This document shows, one piece after another, positions 51,624 through 61,750 of a stretch of 64,000 nt of DNA (within the stretch, counting starts at the first letter, position 1; each line of letters starts with the position of its first letter). The DNA is from Methanothrix sp. Lineage in GTDB: Archaea > Halobacteriota > Methanosarcinia > Methanotrichales > Methanotrichaceae. The stretch is from assembly GCA_963682135.1 (NCBI GenBank), contig OY821645.1, positions 2,080,001 through 2,144,000 on the forward strand, written 5' to 3'. Below the pieces are notes generated by a model. That model had not been told where the DNA came from. It did not search any database and was given only the letters and a program-made list of their open reading frames with translations. The position numbers and the translations under genes were made by a program.

Positions 51624-52736
51624 TTAATGTTCCCGCTCTCTGCAAAGCTCAATGGCCCTGACCAGGTCCTCCCTGGAGACTATGCCCACCAATCGACCCT
51701 CAGCGATCACAGGCAGTCGACGAATTTGCATATCATTCATCATCTTCATGGCAGTCGATGCCTCTTCCTCAGGGCCGATCAAATATAACTTTCTTGTCAT
51801 CACCTGATCGACTCGCGTTACTGCCCTCTGTGCTTCGGCAACCTTCTGCAGATCTGTTAAAGTGATAATTCCCGTCAAGGTATCGCCATCCATCACCGGA
51901 TAGCCTCTATGTTTTTCCCGGAACATCAATTCTTTCAGTTCATCAAGCGTCATATCCAGAGAGATGCTGCGTACCGGGGCGGACATTATATTTCGTACGG
52001 ATATTCCCTCCAGGCTGACGCTTATTTCGGTAGCCTTCTCCTCTTCAGATGCACCCACATAAACGAAGAATGCCACAAAAAGGAGCATGAAATTTAAAGA
52101 GGACAGGCCCAGCAGAAACATGAGTGTCGCGAAGATCTTTCCGATATCCGCAGCACGTCGGGTAGCCTTTATATAAGGCATCTGGGTAGCAAACCAGGCC
52201 CGTAAGAGCCGCCCTCCATCCATAGGAAAGGCAGGGAGGAGATTGAAGGCCATGAGGATGATATTCATGATACCCAAAGTCCAGAGCATGATGGCCAGAG
52301 CATTGCCTGCACCACCTAAAGCCGCCGCCGGTCCGGCCAGGTAAACCGAGATTAATCCCAGCACTCCGCTTACAGCCGGCCCGGCGAAGGCCATCTGCAG
52401 TTCCATACGGGGATTTCTGGGGATCTCCTCCATGGAAGCCACCCCGCCAAAGAAGTAGAGAGTTATGCTCTTTATGCCGATGCCGTTCTTGTGGGCGACA
52501 TAGGAATGGCCCAGCTCATGCAGGGCCACGCAGGCGAAGAGCACTACGGCAAAAAGCAGAGAATAGAGCCATCGCATCTGCGCCGGCTCAATGTCACCGA
52601 AACCATAGGTCTTTCCGTAGACGGTCTGGCTGAAAGAAGCAAAAGCCCAGGCAACATATAAGATGACCAATAGAAATGTCCAGTGGAGGCGCACTGGTAT
52701 GCCCATGATCTTTCCCAGCTCCAGAGAAGAATTCAT
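51624..52736 (-). CDS. M50 site-2 metalloprotease with a CBS pair
   Basis: HELGH, AGPAVS and FNLLPAFPMDGGR motifs; C-terminal CBS domains. Confidence 0.94.
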   Translation of the reverse strand: MNSSLELGKIMGIPVRLHWTFLLVILYVAWAFASFSQTVYGKTYGFGDIEPAQMRWLYSLLFAVVLFACVALHELGHSYVAHKNGIGIKSITLYFFGGVASMEEIPRNPRMELQMAFAGPAVSGVLGLISVYLAGPAAALGGAGNALAIMLWTLGIMNIILMAFNLLPAFPMDGGRLLRAWFATQMPYIKATRRAADIGKIFATLMFLLGLSSLNFMLLFVAFFVYVGASEEEKATEISVSLEGISVRNIMSAPVRSISLDMTLDELKELMFREKHRGYPVMDGDTLTGIITLTDLQKVAEAQRAVTRVDQVMTRKLYLIGPEEEASTAMKMMNDMQIRRLPVIAEGRLVGIVSREDLVRAIELCREREH

Positions 52737-52893
52737 AGGATACCTTTTGCATGCGGCATTAATAGATCTTTTGACAACTGGATAGAGAAAAGACTATTCT
52801 TACGCCAAGTACAGCCTATTTAAATTTAAAGAGAGCGGGTAGGAGAGTGGGGGGTTCAGTGTGGATTTCAAAAACTAGGATTACCCGCTCGAA

Positions 52894-53481
52894 TTATTGA
52901 AGTGAGGGGGAAGATATAAATTTTTCCCCCGGATAGGTTTTTACAAGGTATCTCACTTGAGAACTATGTTCTGCCATACAAGCTGCTGTATAAGCATCTG
53001 GGAGACTACAGCCGGCGGCAAATACGCCGTGGCCGCGAGCAATACATGCCTTATGGTTTTGCAGGGCAATAGATGCAGCCATGGCCAGATCATTTGTGCC
53101 GATTCGGCCCTCAACAATTGGCATTGTTCCCAAAAATAGCAGACCTTCGCTATCCATCGGCTCTACAGCCTTCTGCTCCAATAGAGATAGTGCTACAGCG
53201 TAAGGAGAGTGAGTGTGAATTATGGCCATATTTGCGGTTCTCTGGTAGATGGCCCGGTGAACACAGGTCTCGCTGCTGGCAATCCGATCCAGGTTGCAGG
53301 GACGGCTCAAATCAACCTCCACAACCGTTTTCTCATCCAGCTCGTCGAGCATGCTGCCTGTGCAGGTTATTAAAATCCGATCCTCCAGAAGCCGGCTGAT
53401 ATTTCCAAATCGTGAGCTTGTAAGGCCGGAGAGGACCAATTTCTTGCCGAACCGGGCGATCTCCAGCCAGGCTAAAGACAT
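52894..53481 (-). CDS. Class II aldolase/adducin family (fuculose-phosphate aldolase-like)
   Basis: GNIS, ASSE..VH..IY, IHTHSPY and RGHGVF motifs. Start at MSLAW. Confidence 0.9.
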   Translation of the reverse strand: MSLAWLEIARFGKKLVLSGLTSSRFGNISRLLEDRILITCTGSMLDELDEKTVVEVDLSRPCNLDRIASSETCVHRAIYQRTANMAIIHTHSPYAVALSLLEQKAVEPMDSEGLLFLGTMPIVEGRIGTNDLAMAASIALQNHKACIARGHGVFAAGCSLPDAYTAACMAEHSSQVRYLVKTYPGEKFISSPSLQ

Positions 53482-53488
53482 ACCAGTT

Positions 53489-55390
53489 TCACTCCTTCTC
53501 CAATAGACGGAAAGGGACTGCCTTATCGTCCACCTCCCCGAATTTTCCCAGCAAATCAACCTTTACCTGGTAGTCACCCGGTGTCCAAAAACTCGTCTCC
53601 CAGCGGGCAGAGAAGATGCCATTGCCATCGAAGTCATCCATGGGTATCTCCATATTTCTGTCCGGTCCGACGATGTTGGCATTAATAGTCTTGATATCGC
53701 CCAGAGCCTGGGCCTCAATCATTACCGGCTCGCCTACCCAGGCATCCTTCCGGTTGAGCTTAACTTCCTCCAGAACGGGAGGCGACAGCCCCGATCGAGT
53801 CGCATTAATGCTCTGCAGGGCACCAGTCAGATCAAGTGCCCCGAAGCCATAGGCATTATCCACCCCAGATGGCCCCAGATCGTCAGCCGTCTTGAGCAGC
53901 ACCCTTTTCACATCAGCCGGGGCAAGATCGGACTTTGCTTGCAGCAAGAGCGCCACAGCGCCTGAGACTTGAGGGACGGCCATGGATGTGCCGCTTAATG
54001 AGCTCTTGCCGTTCTTCGATCCGGCCAAGGCGGAGACCACATCAACACCCAACGTTACCAGATCTGGCTTGGTATCGCCGTCGGCCGTCGGTCCGCGCGA
54101 GGATAGATCGAAGATGGTGCCGGAAGTGTCCACAGCGCCCACAGTTATGACATTATCGGCATCTCCGGGAATAACGATCGATGAGGCAGCAGGACCGGAA
54201 TTTCCTGCCGCCACACACATAACCAGCCCATTTTCCACCATTTTGTTGCAGGCTTCATCCAAAAGAGACGAATCGTCCGAAGGGCTTTCGCCACCTACTG
54301 AAAAGGAAACCACCCTAATTCCGTAACGCTCTTTGTTCTTCAAACACCAGTCCAATGCTTTGAGGGCATCAGATAGATAGCATGCTCCTTGCTTGTCCAT
54401 GACCTTGATTACTACCAGCTTTGCTCCCGGTGCCACGCCCGTACCCTTATCTCCGGCGATTAGGCTGGCACAATGGGTACCATGTCCGTTGTCATCATAA
54501 GATTCGGTTTGATTGTTCACGAAATCCTTGAATGCCACAATTTTGCCGGCCAGGGCCTTGTGCTCACCATCAGCGCCGGTATCAATCAGAGCCACAGTCA
54601 CGCCCTCTCCCGTGTATCCCTTATCCATCCTGGGATCATCGATATTCCAGGATCCTTCGCGAGAAGGGGTGGGAGTTGACGGGCTGGCAGACGGACTATC
54701 TATCTGACCGGGCAACACCATAACCTTGAGCTTTTGATCTTTGTAGATGCCTTTGACGCCGTTGGTCCTGGCAATCTTCTCCAGCTTGTCGCCGGATATC
54801 GTCAAGGCGCTCCCTGGCAGGATATTAAAACGATCCTCGGTAGGAGCAACATTGCTCAGATTGCCGTCATGAAGCACTATCACCTTCAGATCCTTCCCGC
54901 CTTGCTTTTCCAGGCTATCCTCGATTCCATTGCCATTGAGGTCATTGGGGTCGCGAATGGTAAGGGTTGCGGATTCGTCCTTTGCCGCATTGCCCGCCTT
55001 GTCGATGGCCACAATTGTAACCTTGTAGGCTCCGGGCGGCAGGTTGGAGCCGCAGTACCCTGTATATCGGCGGTCTTGATTCAGATCCAGCATGAGGTTC
55101 ATGCGATTGCCGATATCGGCGTAGACCATATCTATGCTGCCGGCGTCATGGACAAATGCATTGATTTCGCTTCGCGGAGCGCCCACCTTCAAAGCCGATG
55201 GGCTTACGCTAACCCCATAAATAACCGGAGGAAGACCATCGTCCGCATTTGGCTTGAAGTAGCTCTCATATTCCTTTTCAAACCAGATGCTGGCCTTGTT
55301 GTTATCAAGCGCATTTTGCATGGGGAAAGCGGCCGCACAGCTAAGCAGACCGGCCAATAAAATAAAATAAACAATTGAGCTGGAGTTCAC
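53489..55390 (-). CDS. Secreted S8 subtilisin-like serine protease with Ig-like flanking modules
   Basis: Signal peptide; catalytic triad LIDTG, HGTHCA and GTSMA; AAGNSG. Confidence 0.93.
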   Translation of the reverse strand: MNSSSIVYFILLAGLLSCAAAFPMQNALDNNKASIWFEKEYESYFKPNADDGLPPVIYGVSVSPSALKVGAPRSEINAFVHDAGSIDMVYADIGNRMNLMLDLNQDRRYTGYCGSNLPPGAYKVTIVAIDKAGNAAKDESATLTIRDPNDLNGNGIEDSLEKQGGKDLKVIVLHDGNLSNVAPTEDRFNILPGSALTISGDKLEKIARTNGVKGIYKDQKLKVMVLPGQIDSPSASPSTPTPSREGSWNIDDPRMDKGYTGEGVTVALIDTGADGEHKALAGKIVAFKDFVNNQTESYDDNGHGTHCASLIAGDKGTGVAPGAKLVVIKVMDKQGACYLSDALKALDWCLKNKERYGIRVVSFSVGGESPSDDSSLLDEACNKMVENGLVMCVAAGNSGPAASSIVIPGDADNVITVGAVDTSGTIFDLSSRGPTADGDTKPDLVTLGVDVVSALAGSKNGKSSLSGTSMAVPQVSGAVALLLQAKSDLAPADVKRVLLKTADDLGPSGVDNAYGFGALDLTGALQSINATRSGLSPPVLEEVKLNRKDAWVGEPVMIEAQALGDIKTINANIVGPDRNMEIPMDDFDGNGIFSARWETSFWTPGDYQVKVDLLGKFGEVDDKAVPFRLLEKE

Positions 55391-55402
55391 ACTTAGCTCC
55401 AG

Positions 55403-56998
55403 TTATTCATTCTCAAGATTCTTATATTTACTGGTGCTGACGACCTTAATTTTCAGGGCATCCGGGAAGGTCTTTGTGATCTCTCCTAATGTGGCTACAA
55501 CATCGACCCAGTAAGTGCCGGCAGCCACATTGGCATTCCAGATGCCGACAAACTCGTCTCCATCAGATTTGATGCGTTTCATTACTACCCGCGAGACGGT
55601 GTCACCAGAAGGACTCAATAGTTGAGCCGATACCGTGAAGACTTTTTCTGCTGCAGTTCTCTGGGCCTGGGATGTGGAGCCAATCTTGACAGTCCCATCG
55701 GTGCTGCTCAGGTCGGCATATCCCTGCGGCGACCCGAATCCACAGGTAGCACAACCTTTAATGGTCAAAACTGTCTCGCTTGCGTTCTGGTTAGCCGATG
55801 AGCTGTTGTTCATCTCTTCGAAGAGTGCGGTTATCTGGACTACATCACCTATCTTGGCAGGATTGGGCTTGGCATAAGCCTCCTGCAAGGCGATATCTAA
55901 TCGAGGAGAATTGGCCGTCCAATCCAGCCAGGTGTAAATCCTGGCATCATAGCCGAGAAGGCCAAGGGCAAACCAGACCATCGAGGCCTTGACGCCGGTA
56001 TTGGTGTATACCACAACGGGCCGATCCTTTTTAATGGAGGAGAACAGCTCTTTCAAGTCGGCCTCATCTTTTATCCTCTTTCCATCAAGCACTCTGTTGT
56101 AGGGTATATTGATGGCGCCCGGTATCGCTCCAGCATCGAATTCCAGCGAAGTTCTTGCATCAATTATCTGGGGCGTGCCGCTATTCACGAATTCGTAAGT
56201 AGCCATCAGGTCGGCATTTATGGTGGCAATATAGTCTTTAGGAGGCAGCATGACAGCTTTTGTCACCGTGGGTCTGCCTTCCGCTACCCAGTCATCGATA
56301 CCACCATCAAGCATCTTAACATCCTTTTGACCCAGATACTTCAGGACTGCGTATCCAAATCCTGCCGCGGATGGCCCTCCGCCGCACGGCTGGCATTCGC
56401 CGGCAATCTTCACGGCATCGCTTTGGGAAATTCCTGCTTCTCCTAGGATGCGAGCCAGCTTGGATACCGACTTAAGAATGCCTCCCTTTTCCACGAATTG
56501 CGTGTAGGGAATATTGATTGCGCCAGGGATGTACTCTGTGGCATTGGGACTGATATCCAGGATAATGTCTGAATCGTTGATGCTATCAAACGACGCCAGC
56601 ATGCGGGCAAAGCCTGAGCTTCTCTGGGCAATGGCATCGCTGCCCGTTTTACTCGGCAAGGCCAGGCGGGCTGATGAGCGGTTTTGATCTGTCCCTTGCT
56701 TTGCTGTCGCATCATCGGCTTTTTTCGCCTGAAAGCTGGGGTTATTCTCTCGATTATACCGGGGATTAACCAGGCCGCCTGTACTGACCATCACCTCTGT
56801 GGTGGCATTCTCCTTGCCCATGAACACTGCCCACTCGTTATTCAGCACGTCCTGTTGAGTGGTAGGAGATCCGCCTTTACATAGAGAGCATTCTCCACGG
56901 ACACCAGTAACTGCCCCTCCTGCAAATATCGCCACCAAGAGGAGGAGGCTTATGATAATTCTGGAGATATTCATAGCCTTTGCCCCAATATTATTCAA
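55403..56998 (-). CDS. Secreted tandem rhodanese-domain protein with a C-terminal Ig-like module
   Basis: Signal peptide; IPGAINIPY twice, LDGG..W, IIDAR and VVVYTNTGVKAS motifs. Confidence 0.85.
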   Translation of the reverse strand: MNNIGAKAMNISRIIISLLLLVAIFAGGAVTGVRGECSLCKGGSPTTQQDVLNNEWAVFMGKENATTEVMVSTGGLVNPRYNRENNPSFQAKKADDATAKQGTDQNRSSARLALPSKTGSDAIAQRSSGFARMLASFDSINDSDIILDISPNATEYIPGAINIPYTQFVEKGGILKSVSKLARILGEAGISQSDAVKIAGECQPCGGGPSAAGFGYAVLKYLGQKDVKMLDGGIDDWVAEGRPTVTKAVMLPPKDYIATINADLMATYEFVNSGTPQIIDARTSLEFDAGAIPGAINIPYNRVLDGKRIKDEADLKELFSSIKKDRPVVVYTNTGVKASMVWFALGLLGYDARIYTWLDWTANSPRLDIALQEAYAKPNPAKIGDVVQITALFEEMNNSSSANQNASETVLTIKGCATCGFGSPQGYADLSSTDGTVKIGSTSQAQRTAAEKVFTVSAQLLSPSGDTVSRVVMKRIKSDGDEFVGIWNANVAAGTYWVDVVATLGEITKTFPDALKIKVVSTSKYKNLENE

Positions 56999-58149
56999 GA
57001 TGTTGAGTTGATCGCTTCCATCTTGCCTGATTCCACCTGATTTTCCCAGTAATTCACATAGGAGTACAGCTTAGCGTCATAGCCCTGGAGAATCAATGCA
57101 AACCAGACCGCGGAAGCCTTCACGCCCGTATTGGTGTAGACCACTACCGGCTGATTCTTGTCGAGGATAGCGAAGACCCGGTCAAGCTTGCTTTCATCCC
57201 TTATTCTGTTATTGATGACCACATTCTCATTGGGAATGGGGATTGCTCCTGGAATGGATCCCGCACCGAAATCCTCCATGCTTCTTGCATCCACAATTTG
57301 GACGGTGCCGCTCTTTACTAAACTGTAATCGGCTGAAAAATCCGGATTGACCTTCGGAGTGTATACCTTAGCAGGCAAGATCGTAGTCTCTGCGGCCGTA
57401 GACTTTCCGGCTGCTGCCCAATCCTTTACCGTTCCATCCAGAACCCTGACATTCTCCTGGCCCAGAGATCTCATAATCCAGTAGACGAAGGTCGCAGGCG
57501 AGGGGCCTCCACCACAAGGCATGCATTCGCCGTAGATGATCACTGGGTCTTCCCGGGAAATTCCCACGTCACCCAGCAGCTTTGTCATCTCCTCTTCCGA
57601 TCGCAGATATGTTCCATTGATAAGGAAGTTGGTGTAAGGAATGGCAACCGATCCCGCGATGTGCTCTGTGGCTTCCTCGCTAATATCCAGCAAGATCGCA
57701 GATCCGGTTGATTCATTAATGGGAGCAAACATGTTCAATGCCTTGGCACTGCGCACAATGGGAATGTTCTCTTCTGCGACTTTGCGCGTCTCAGTCTTCT
57801 TTGCCACGCTTTCGGTCGTGTTATTCACCGGCGCAACTTCCTGTGCGGTGCTGCTCTTATTTGCGTCATCAGCTTTGCTGAAACCGGCGAGGGGCTGTTT
57901 CCAGATTCCCACCCGGTTCTTCTGAGCCGTGCTCAGGCCAGGCATGACTTCTTCCTTTCCCGCGTTGGGATTGCCTATATTGTCAAGCTTGCTTAATTGA
58001 TAATCTGCACTCGATGCGGAGTCGCCCTTGCAAGCATCGCAATAAGCTTCGCCGGCATTAGCTGCATTTACCAGCATCAATAACGCTAATAACGCTATGA
58101 TGCCCACACCCACCAAACAGGATCCCAAACATGATCTGAATGTTGTCAT
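56995..58149 (-). CDS. Secreted tandem rhodanese-domain protein
   Basis: Signal peptide; HIAGSVAIPY, VLDG..W, IVDAR, IPGAI and VVVYTNTGVKAS motifs. Confidence 0.85.
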   Translation of the reverse strand: MTTFRSCLGSCLVGVGIIALLALLMLVNAANAGEAYCDACKGDSASSADYQLSKLDNIGNPNAGKEEVMPGLSTAQKNRVGIWKQPLAGFSKADDANKSSTAQEVAPVNNTTESVAKKTETRKVAEENIPIVRSAKALNMFAPINESTGSAILLDISEEATEHIAGSVAIPYTNFLINGTYLRSEEEMTKLLGDVGISREDPVIIYGECMPCGGGPSPATFVYWIMRSLGQENVRVLDGTVKDWAAAGKSTAAETTILPAKVYTPKVNPDFSADYSLVKSGTVQIVDARSMEDFGAGSIPGAIPIPNENVVINNRIRDESKLDRVFAILDKNQPVVVYTNTGVKASAVWFALILQGYDAKLYSYVNYWENQVESGKMEAINSTS

Positions 58150-58207
58150 CTGTCTCCCCTTTTTAACACAATAATAACTTATGAAATATAAACCTTTTAG
58201 AGGTAAA

Positions 58208-59644
58208 TCAGTGCCTAGAGGTTACCTCTACTTCACCCAGTGTCTCTTGCAGCTCGTATCCTCGCGCGTCTTTTGCGCTCAGAACAATATCATATCTTCC
58301 CGGATCCAGCAAGGCCGTAGAGAAATCTCCCCGATAGATATCTCCTGACAAGACCAGCCGGCTGTAGCCTTGCGCCTCGAATCCATCTTGATATGCTCGA
58401 GCGGTTACCTGCAAGAGATCATAACGGGAATTCAGCTCGACCTTAATGGCCACGGCGTCACCTAATCTTGCTTTCGTAGGATTTATCTCTTTAGAGAGGA
58501 TGGCAATCTGCTTGACCTGCGCGCCCATAATGGGATACTGGTCTTTTCCGCTCTCGCCTATCCTGTAAGGCGCATCCCCGAAACCATCGCTACCTGGGGC
58601 ATCTTGATTTGGTCCTTGCATCTCATCCCGGCCACTGTAGTCGCTCCAGAGGTTTCCGCCCGGAGGATATTTGGCATTCCAGCTGTTTATTCCTCGATCG
58701 TCGGCTTGAATGACATTGTCCATTATGCGATTGCCATAGATTCTATTCTGGCTTGAATCCAGGAATATTCCCGTCTGGCTCTCGGAGATGTTGTTATAAA
58801 TGACGCTATTGCCATCCGAGCGGCTCTGTATCTGCAGTCCATAGCGTCCGTTGTCCCTGATCTCATTTCCGCTAATGGTATTTTGGCCCGAGTCTTCCAT
58901 AAGGGTCAGTCCGGCTACCACGTTATTCTCCATGGTATTGTTGATGATGAGATTCTTCGTGCAATTGAAACGCAGATCCAGGCCGGAGTTGGTATTTCTG
59001 GACAGGTCATTCTTTTCGATCAGGTTTTCAGAGCAATCGGTGAACATGTAAAGGCCGTACATATTTCCATGCAGCAAATTTGCGCGTATGGTATTATTGC
59101 AGCAGGAAGGAAAGAGATTGATGCCGTAAGCGCCGTTGCCGTAGGCCACATTGTTCGTGATGAGGTTGTCGTTGGAGTTGGAGAGGTATATTCCATACCA
59201 GCCTTCTCCCACTATGCCATTAAAGCTGGCATTGTTCCTGGTGATGGTATTCCCGTCGGAAAAGATAAGAGCAATGCCGGGCTGAGCGCAGTAGATTACG
59301 GTGTTGTTGGAGATATTGCAGCCCGAGACGCTGTTGAGCTTAATTCCGTAAAAACCGTCCCGGACGGTAAAGCCGCTTATGGAAACGCCGTTCGCATCTA
59401 TGTTTACGCAGGCGTCTCTATTTCCGGCCCGGATTACCGCACCATTGCCCACCAGATTCAGGCTCTTTTGGATGGTTATTTTGTCGTAGACTCCCCCGGC
59501 TACCTGCAGGGTATCTCCGGGAGAAGCAGCATCAATCGCAGCCTGCAAATCCGAGCTTACAGGTATGGTAGCACCGTTCGCGAAGGAAGAAACCAGTAAA
59601 GCTACAGACAAGATGCAAAAGGCTATAATTCTCAAGCAACCCAC
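58208..59644 (-). CDS. Secreted right-handed beta-helix (NosD/CASH-like) protein with a C-terminal Ig-like module
   Basis: LQAAIDAASPGD; repeated GI.L..S..N.I..N; GGNLWSDY.G.D...DGFGD.PY. Confidence 0.9.
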   Translation of the reverse strand: MGCLRIIAFCILSVALLVSSFANGATIPVSSDLQAAIDAASPGDTLQVAGGVYDKITIQKSLNLVGNGAVIRAGNRDACVNIDANGVSISGFTVRDGFYGIKLNSVSGCNISNNTVIYCAQPGIALIFSDGNTITRNNASFNGIVGEGWYGIYLSNSNDNLITNNVAYGNGAYGINLFPSCCNNTIRANLLHGNMYGLYMFTDCSENLIEKNDLSRNTNSGLDLRFNCTKNLIINNTMENNVVAGLTLMEDSGQNTISGNEIRDNGRYGLQIQSRSDGNSVIYNNISESQTGIFLDSSQNRIYGNRIMDNVIQADDRGINSWNAKYPPGGNLWSDYSGRDEMQGPNQDAPGSDGFGDAPYRIGESGKDQYPIMGAQVKQIAILSKEINPTKARLGDAVAIKVELNSRYDLLQVTARAYQDGFEAQGYSRLVLSGDIYRGDFSTALLDPGRYDIVLSAKDARGYELQETLGEVEVTSRH

Positions 59645-59890
59645 CGACGTGAGAATGGTCGAGAGGTTAATAAAGCTTGCGTATATTGAACGGAATGTGC
59701 AACTTCCTTAAGAAAAGTAGCTTTGTTGAGGCAGCCGTAATTGGGGCAAAGAGATTTTCCGCCATTTCTAGAGTGTGTCCCTTATGCCCCTTCTGATCGT
59801 CTACATGTTTACTTATGCTAACACGTACCATGTCAATCGATGGAATTATAAGGCCGCAATCGAATCAATACCAATATTCCGTGAGCGGAT

Positions 59891-60199
59891 GTGATAGAGA
59901 TTCTGACCGAGAAGGTGAGCGGTGAGCTTGAGATGCTACAACGGCACCTGGTCATCCTCAAGCAAGTGGTAGAGAATGAGCCCATAGGCATCCTCAAGCT
60001 GGCAGAGGAGACAAAGATTCCCAGCCATAAGGTACGTTATTCCCTGAGAGTTTTGGAGCAGGAAGGATTGATCAAGGCTTCCGCCCCAGGAGCGGTGACC
60101 ACGGAGGAAACCCAATTTTTTCTAAAAGAGCTGGACGGCATGATTGAGAATCTTGCCAAGCGGACCGAGGATTTGTTGAAGATCAAGATAGCGAGGTAA
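59891..60199 (+). CDS. Small winged-helix protein
   Basis: L..V.E.EPIGI.KL..E...P.HKVRYSLRVLEQEGLI pattern. Confidence 0.8.
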   Translation: MIEILTEKVSGELEMLQRHLVILKQVVENEPIGILKLAEETKIPSHKVRYSLRVLEQEGLIKASAPGAVTTEETQFFLKELDGMIENLAKRTEDLLKIKIAR

Positions 60200-61501
60200 A
60201 TGCACTATTCTCGAATTGCCAGGGCCCTGCAAGAGATCTCCCATGCCCCACGCAGCGCCAAGGCCGATCTGGCAGCGGGCCTTCTCTCTGAAATTGAGCC
60301 TGACATCGAGATGCTTTGTCCAGCTGTGCGGCTGCTGTTGGGAGAGCTTTGGCCACCCTGGGAAAAAAGGGAGATGGGCATCGGCCCAGAGGCCCTCATG
60401 ACGGCATTGGCGGAGGTATCCGATCAAGATATACCGTCACTGCGGGAGAGATTCCATGATATGGGAAAGGTGGCCGAAGATGCTCTGGGGCAGAAAGGGC
60501 AGCATTCCCTTTTTCACGAGCCTCTAGAAGCCATATCGGTATATGAAAGGCTTCGGCGCATCTCCGAGATGAGCGGCAAAGAATCAGAGCAACGTAAGAA
60601 TGCTCTGCTAAGGGGCCTATTTTTAGAATCAACACCACTGGAAGGAAAGTATATCGCACGCACTGCTCTACGAAACATGCAGGCAGGTATCGGGCATAAG
60701 ACCATGATTGCCGCGCTCTGTTTGGCATTTCACTGCGAGCCGGAAAAAATGTTAAGGGCTTATCGCGTCTTGCCGGATCTCGGCAAAATCGCATTTTTGG
60801 CCCAAAAAGGGCAGCTAGAAGGAGTAGCCATGCGGCCCAAGACACCAATTCGATTCATGATCATTCGCTCCGGCGAGCCTGTAATTCCAGGAGCCTTTCT
60901 TCCCAAGTATCCAGGCCTAAGGGTGCAGGTTCATAAAACCGATAAAGAGACGCTCATCTTTACCTCAAGTCTACGGAACATTACATCAACCCTGGAGAGC
61001 CTGTCTCAGTGTGTTGGGAATATCGATGCGGATTTCATCATGGATGCCGATCTCATCGGTTTTCGGGAGGGGATTATTTGCAGTCGGGCGGAGATGTTGA
61101 AGTACATCAATCGCCGTCGCCTATCCCGCAAGAGCAGAATCTCGCCGGCATTGATGGCCTATGATTTGATTTTTCTGGACGGAGAAGCCCTGATATCTTT
61201 AGATTACCGAGAGAGACGAATGAAGTTGTTATCGGTTGTAGGAGGGCCGAAAGATCTACCCTATGAGGCATTTTCCTCTGCTAAGGAGGAATTGATTGAG
61301 GGCCGCCAAGATGCCGATCGCTGTTTGGAGCAAGGACTCCGAAAGGGCATTAGAAGATGGATGACGCGAGAGCTGAAAGCGCCATACCATCCCGGTGAAA
61401 GAAGCTATCTGGATTTTTTCGTCACGAGTAAGGATTTTATTAATCAAGGTTCGTCCGGAAAAAATTCTGCGGTGGAAAGAAGCAGACCCTCTGACGAATG
61501 A
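60200..61501 (+). CDS. ATP-dependent DNA ligase-like protein (N-terminal DNA-binding and degenerate adenylation domains, no OB fold)
   Basis: LLLGELWP.W..REMGIG, DMG.VAE and PLEGKYIAR motifs. Motif I reads KYPGLRVQVH instead of KYDG.R.Q.H. AYDLIFLDG is present. Confidence 0.75.
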   Translation: MHYSRIARALQEISHAPRSAKADLAAGLLSEIEPDIEMLCPAVRLLLGELWPPWEKREMGIGPEALMTALAEVSDQDIPSLRERFHDMGKVAEDALGQKGQHSLFHEPLEAISVYERLRRISEMSGKESEQRKNALLRGLFLESTPLEGKYIARTALRNMQAGIGHKTMIAALCLAFHCEPEKMLRAYRVLPDLGKIAFLAQKGQLEGVAMRPKTPIRFMIIRSGEPVIPGAFLPKYPGLRVQVHKTDKETLIFTSSLRNITSTLESLSQCVGNIDADFIMDADLIGFREGIICSRAEMLKYINRRRLSRKSRISPALMAYDLIFLDGEALISLDYRERRMKLLSVVGGPKDLPYEAFSSAKEELIEGRQDADRCLEQGLRKGIRRWMTRELKAPYHPGERSYLDFFVTSKDFINQGSSGKNSAVERSRPSDE

Positions 61502-61750
61502 TTGATACGATCTACCCAGATAGAGATCATGGCGGTGGTCTACTATATATACAAAGAATTCGAAAGTGTATGGTGTCAATCTCCAAAAAAAGAATGGATA
61601 ATCTGTGGAAATATATGAGGTGCTTTGGAAGAAGCAGTAACTATGAAATTGCATATCAGACCCATGCCGGGAGCAGCTTTCAGCCGGTTGATGACTCAGG
61701 GCTCTTTCAGGAAGCCAAAGGCGACATAAAATAACAATTGGAGTTGAATT

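Noticed and set aside
61498-61734. 78-aa ORF between the ligase-like gene and the TPR gene
   Set aside because: It has no recognisable motif, no SD and no resemblance to a ligase OB domain, so it could not be supported.
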